A DNA stretch of 64,000 nt from a bacterium (GTDB lineage Bacteria; Fidelibacterota; Fidelibacteria; Fidelibacterales; Fidelibacteraceae). Of this stretch, positions 60,451 through 64,000 are shown one piece after another. Both the position numbers and the translations under genes were made by a program. The DNA lies in NCBI GenBank assembly GCA_963676395.1, contig OY781066.1, forward strand, positions 1,632,001 to 1,696,000, given 5' to 3'. A model generated the notes under the pieces. That model saw nothing but the letters and a program-made list of their open reading frames with translations, was not told the origin of the DNA and searched no databases. Numbering within the stretch: the stretch's first letter is position 1; each line of letters begins with the position of its first letter.

Positions 60451-63400
60451 ATGCAAGGAGCGGCAAAGCTTAAAGAACTGGCAAAAACACGAGTTTTAAT
60501 TTTAGATGGTGCCATGGGAACCGCCATACAACAGCGCGGACTGACGGCTGACGATTTTATTTATCCCGGTACTTCTACAAGGTTGCAGGGGTGTAACGAC
60601 CTGCTGACCTTGTCTCGCCCCGATGTGATCAAAGATATTCATTGCGATTATATTAAAGCCAATGCCGATATTATTGAAACCAATACTTTTGGCGCCAATG
60701 CCTTTTCATTAAAAGATTACGGTTTGGCCGATAAGGCCTACGAAATGAATGTTGCAGCAGCCAGACTAGCTAGAGAAGCTGCCGATTCCGTTGATCGTGA
60801 TATATTTGTTGCCGGCGATATCGGTCCCACCGGTCGCTCGGCTTCTTTTTCGCCTTCAGTCGATGATCCTGCATATCGCGAATCTAATTTTGCGGAGTTC
60901 CGTGAGATGTATCGCGAGCAGGTAAGTGGATTGATAGACGGTGGTGTGGATTTGCTTATTGTTGAGACCATTTTTGATACCTTGATCGCCAAGGCCGCAC
61001 TTACTGCCATTATGGATGAATTCGAAGCGCGCCAGATCGAGCTGCCTATCATGGTGTCGGCGACCTTTAGCGATAAATCGCGTCGTACTTTATCCGGACA
61101 GGAGTTGGAAGCTTTTATTACTTCCATGTCCAATTTTCCCATTTTTACTCTGGGTGTAAATTGCTCTACCGGCGCTGCTGAAATGGTACCGTTGATCAAG
61201 GATTTGGCTGACCTGTCGCCTTTTGGTACCTCGGCTCATCCCAATGCGGGTTTCCCCGATAGTGATGGAAATTATATTCAAACACCCGATGAGATTGCCG
61301 CTCAGCTGGAGCCGGTGCTGGATGCGGGTCTGCTGAATATTATTGGGGGTTGCTGTGGGACACGCCCCGAGCATATTGCCGCCATTGCCAAAATTTCTAA
61401 AGACAAGCCGCCTTTCAAGAAAGTAGCTTGCGAACCCGTGCTGAAGCTCAGTGGTTGGGAGACCTTGCGTATTCCCCGCGAGCATATGTTTATCACGGTC
61501 GGTGAGCGCGCCAATGTAGCCGGTTCCCGAAAATTCGCTCGTCTGATCAAAGAAGAAAAATTCGAAGAAGCCATTTTCGCCACGCGTAAGCAGATCGAAG
61601 AAGGGGCTCAAATTATTGATATTTGTATGGATGATGCGCTCATTGATGCACCCAAAGCCATGATCACATTTTTACGACTCATTGCCGCCGATCCCATAAC
61701 TGCGCGAGTCCCTGTGATGATCGATTCTTCCAACTGGGAGGTCATCGAAGCGGCACTGCCTGAAATTCAGGGTCGTAGTATTGTGAATTCTATTTCCCTC
61801 AAAGAGGGTGAAGAAGAGTTTCTGCGTCGTGCCAATTTTATTCACAATATGGGTGCCACCGCTATGGTCATGCTTTTTGATGAGAAAGGGCAGGCAGATA
61901 CCTTTGAACGAAAGATTGCTGTGGCCGAACGTGCGATGACCTTATTGGCGGAAAAAACAGCGATCACTCAGGAAAGCATTATTATTGATCCAAATATCCT
62001 TACTATTGCTACCGGTATTGACGAGCACGATACTTATGCTCGTGATTATATTCGCGCTATTGTCTGGATCAAAGAGCACTATCCCGATGCAAAGACTTCC
62101 GGTGGTTTGAGTAACCTCTCCTTTTCTTTCCGTGGTAATAATCCCTTGCGAAAAGCTATGCATGCTATTTTTCTGGAATTGGCGGTGGAGGCCGGACTGG
62201 ATATGGCCATCGTGAATCCCGCTGCCGAGATGTCTACCACTCTTATTCCCAAGTATGCAACAAGCATTATTCGCGAAGCGTTGTTGCTGGAAAAGGGTGA
62301 TGGTTCCAAAGCACGACAAGATCTCATTGAACTCGCTATGAGTGGCTCGCTCAAAGAAGAAGCCGGGAGCAAGAAGCCTGAATTGGAAAGTCAAAAGTGG
62401 CGAAAGTTCGATGTGATGGAGCGTTTATCCGAAGCATTGGTTCGCGGTGATGATGCCTATCTCGAAGCTGATCTTCAAGAAGCCGGGTTTGAGCATGCCA
62501 TGAAACTTATCGAAGGTCCGCTTATGGGTGGCATGGGTAAATTGGGTGAACTCTTCGGTGAAGGAAAGGTCTTTCTTCCGCAAGTGGTACGCTCTGCACG
62601 TATTATGAAAAAAGCCGTGGATATATTAAAGCCTTACCTAAGTGGATTGGATGATGATGTTGCCAATGCCCGAGGTACAGTTGTGATGGCTACCGTAAAA
62701 GGTGACGTGCACGATATCGGAAAGAATATTGTTTCACTGGTACTGCAATGTAATCATTTTAATGTTATTGATCTGGGCGTCATGGTTCCGCCCGAAAATA
62801 TATTTGCCGCTGCAGTTGAGCACAAGGCTGATATGGTCGGTTTGTCCGGACTTATCACACCCTCGTTGCAGGAAATGGGTGAGGTTTGTCGTCAATTCAA
62901 CGAAGCCGATTTGGATATCCCCATTATGATCGGAGGTGCCACTACCTCCGAAGCGCATACTGCCACGCGACTTGCCCCCTTGTATCCGGGACGAGTGATC
63001 TATACGTCAGATGCATCGGATTCCGTAAAAGTGGCCTTACAATTGGCAGGCAAGAATGCGAAAGCTTACAAGGAAAGAGTACAGAAAGAGTATTATTCCT
63101 TAGAAAGCAAAAGCGAAAAACCGGGTGGAAAACAGAAACCGGAATTACTTTCTCTCAAAGAGGCCCGTGCCAAAAAATATCGGAAAGCCAAGACTTCCTG
63201 CGTTTCGGCATTCTTGGGAAAAAAGGTATTAAAAGAACTGCCGCTGGATGAATTGATCTCGCGTATCAACTGGAAAATGTTTGCATTGGCCTGGCAATTA
63301 AAACCAAATAGCGATGAAGCTATCAGAGTGAAACGCGATGCTGAAGAGCTGCTTGCATTACCCGAAGTACGCAAGATGTATCAGGAGTCGATTTCGGCCG

Positions 63401-64000
63401 TGCTGGGATTTTTTAAAGTTAAAGCTCATGGAGATGATCTGCAGGTGCTTGATGAAAACGGCCAAGAACTGACACGTTTTTACTTTCTGCGGCAGCAGGA
63501 AGCAAAGTATAAAAAGCAAACACTATCGCTCAGTGATTATACCTATCAAGAAGGTGATACCATTGGCATATTTGTTGCAACGGCCGGTGCCAAAGTTGCG
63601 GAACTCAGCGATGTATATCGCAAAGAAGGTGATGAATATCATGCGTTGATGATCAACTTTTTGGGTGACCGTTTTGCTGAAGCAACAAGTGAATTTCTGC
63701 AAGATCAGGTGGAAACAGTGTGGTGGAAACAGGATGAACATAGAATTATTCGCCCTTCAAACGGATACCCGTCGGCACCCGATCATAGTGAAAAATTGCA
63801 AATATTCAAGTTGCTTGATGCCGAAAAAGAGCTGGGTGTTACTCTTACCGAAAGTTATAATATGAAACCTTTGTCTTCAGTTTGCGGTTATTATTTTGCC
63901 GATGCCGATCCCCATTATTTTACGCTTGGCACACTCTCTCGCGTGCAGCTTGAAGATTATGCAAAGCGTAAGGGCATGGATGTTGAGACCATATTGAAAT
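60451..64000 (+). CDS. metH: B12-dependent methionine synthase, 3' end beyond the window (absent from the ORF track)
   Basis: MQGAAK...ILDGAMGT, IETNTF, GGCCGT, GERANVAGS, FLPQVVRSA, KGDVHDIGKN and PSNGYPS.PDH motifs. Confidence 0.96.
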   Translation, partial: MQGAAKLKELAKTRVLILDGAMGTAIQQRGLTADDFIYPGTSTRLQGCNDLLTLSRPDVIKDIHCDYIKANADIIETNTFGANAFSLKDYGLADKAYEMNVAAARLAREAADSVDRDIFVAGDIGPTGRSASFSPSVDDPAYRESNFAEFREMYREQVSGLIDGGVDLLIVETIFDTLIAKAALTAIMDEFEARQIELPIMVSATFSDKSRRTLSGQELEAFITSMSNFPIFTLGVNCSTGAAEMVPLIKDLADLSPFGTSAHPNAGFPDSDGNYIQTPDEIAAQLEPVLDAGLLNIIGGCCGTRPEHIAAIAKISKDKPPFKKVACEPVLKLSGWETLRIPREHMFITVGERANVAGSRKFARLIKEEKFEEAIFATRKQIEEGAQIIDICMDDALIDAPKAMITFLRLIAADPITARVPVMIDSSNWEVIEAALPEIQGRSIVNSISLKEGEEEFLRRANFIHNMGATAMVMLFDEKGQADTFERKIAVAERAMTLLAEKTAITQESIIIDPNILTIATGIDEHDTYARDYIRAIVWIKEHYPDAKTSGGLSNLSFSFRGNNPLRKAMHAIFLELAVEAGLDMAIVNPAAEMSTTLIPKYATSIIREALLLEKGDGSKARQDLIELAMSGSLKEEAGSKKPELESQKWRKFDVMERLSEALVRGDDAYLEADLQEAGFEHAMKLIEGPLMGGMGKLGELFGEGKVFLPQVVRSARIMKKAVDILKPYLSGLDDDVANARGTVVMATVKGDVHDIGKNIVSLVLQCNHFNVIDLGVMVPPENIFAAAVEHKADMVGLSGLITPSLQEMGEVCRQFNEADLDIPIMIGGATTSEAHTATRLAPLYPGRVIYTSDASDSVKVALQLAGKNAKAYKERVQKEYYSLESKSEKPGGKQKPELLSLKEARAKKYRKAKTSCVSAFLGKKVLKELPLDELISRINWKMFALAWQLKPNSDEAIRVKRDAEELLALPEVRKMYQESISAVLGFFKVKAHGDDLQVLDENGQELTRFYFLRQQEAKYKKQTLSLSDYTYQEGDTIGIFVATAGAKVAELSDVYRKEGDEYHALMINFLGDRFAEATSEFLQDQVETVWWKQDEHRIIRPSNGYPSAPDHSEKLQIFKLLDAEKELGVTLTESYNMKPLSSVCGYYFADADPHYFTLGTLSRVQLEDYAKRKGMDVETILK

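Noticed and set aside
60738..63865. Short ORFs listed in the track
   Set aside because: Shadows of the long plus-strand metH frame, which runs off the window end.

Overview
Bacterial chromosomal window, most likely from an anaerobic or facultative FCB-group organism. The taxonomy is inferred from the T9SS/FlgD-type C-terminal sorting domains and the [FeFe]-hydrogenase; Marinimicrobia-like is a guess. Bases 1-31200 are mostly core or semi-core genes: the 3' part of tRNA-Asp, secreted CTD proteins, ohr-gpx-ohrR, a frameshifted SDR with an ERG4/ERG24-like reductase, an uncalled 59-aa ferredoxin, a NUDIX-glgB-glycosyltransferase operon, hydC-hydB-hydA plus a receiver protein and hydG, and yajC-def-fmt. 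This part also holds a 1035-bp IS256-like element inserted into a copy of itself, with two nested 8-bp target duplications. Bases 31339-58583 form a ~27-kb stretch in which every credible gene is on the minus strand and base composition changes sharply between genes. Its intergenic DNA is rich in REP-like hairpins and direct repeats. It contains a decayed Y1 (IS200/REP-associated) transposase beside a 72-bp tandem hairpin array, three copies of a nitroreductase 5' end bracketing defence-like cargo, an AT-rich three-gene RloC locus with an unusual TM-OmpA partner, a HipBST-like module with four phased operators, and a 1600-aa exonuclease-RecQ-UvrD fusion. The window ends with rsmB and a truncated metH. 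The best novelty candidates are the integrase-less repeat-delimited cassette array, the nitroreductase insertion hotspot and the RloC/OmpA/unknown trio.
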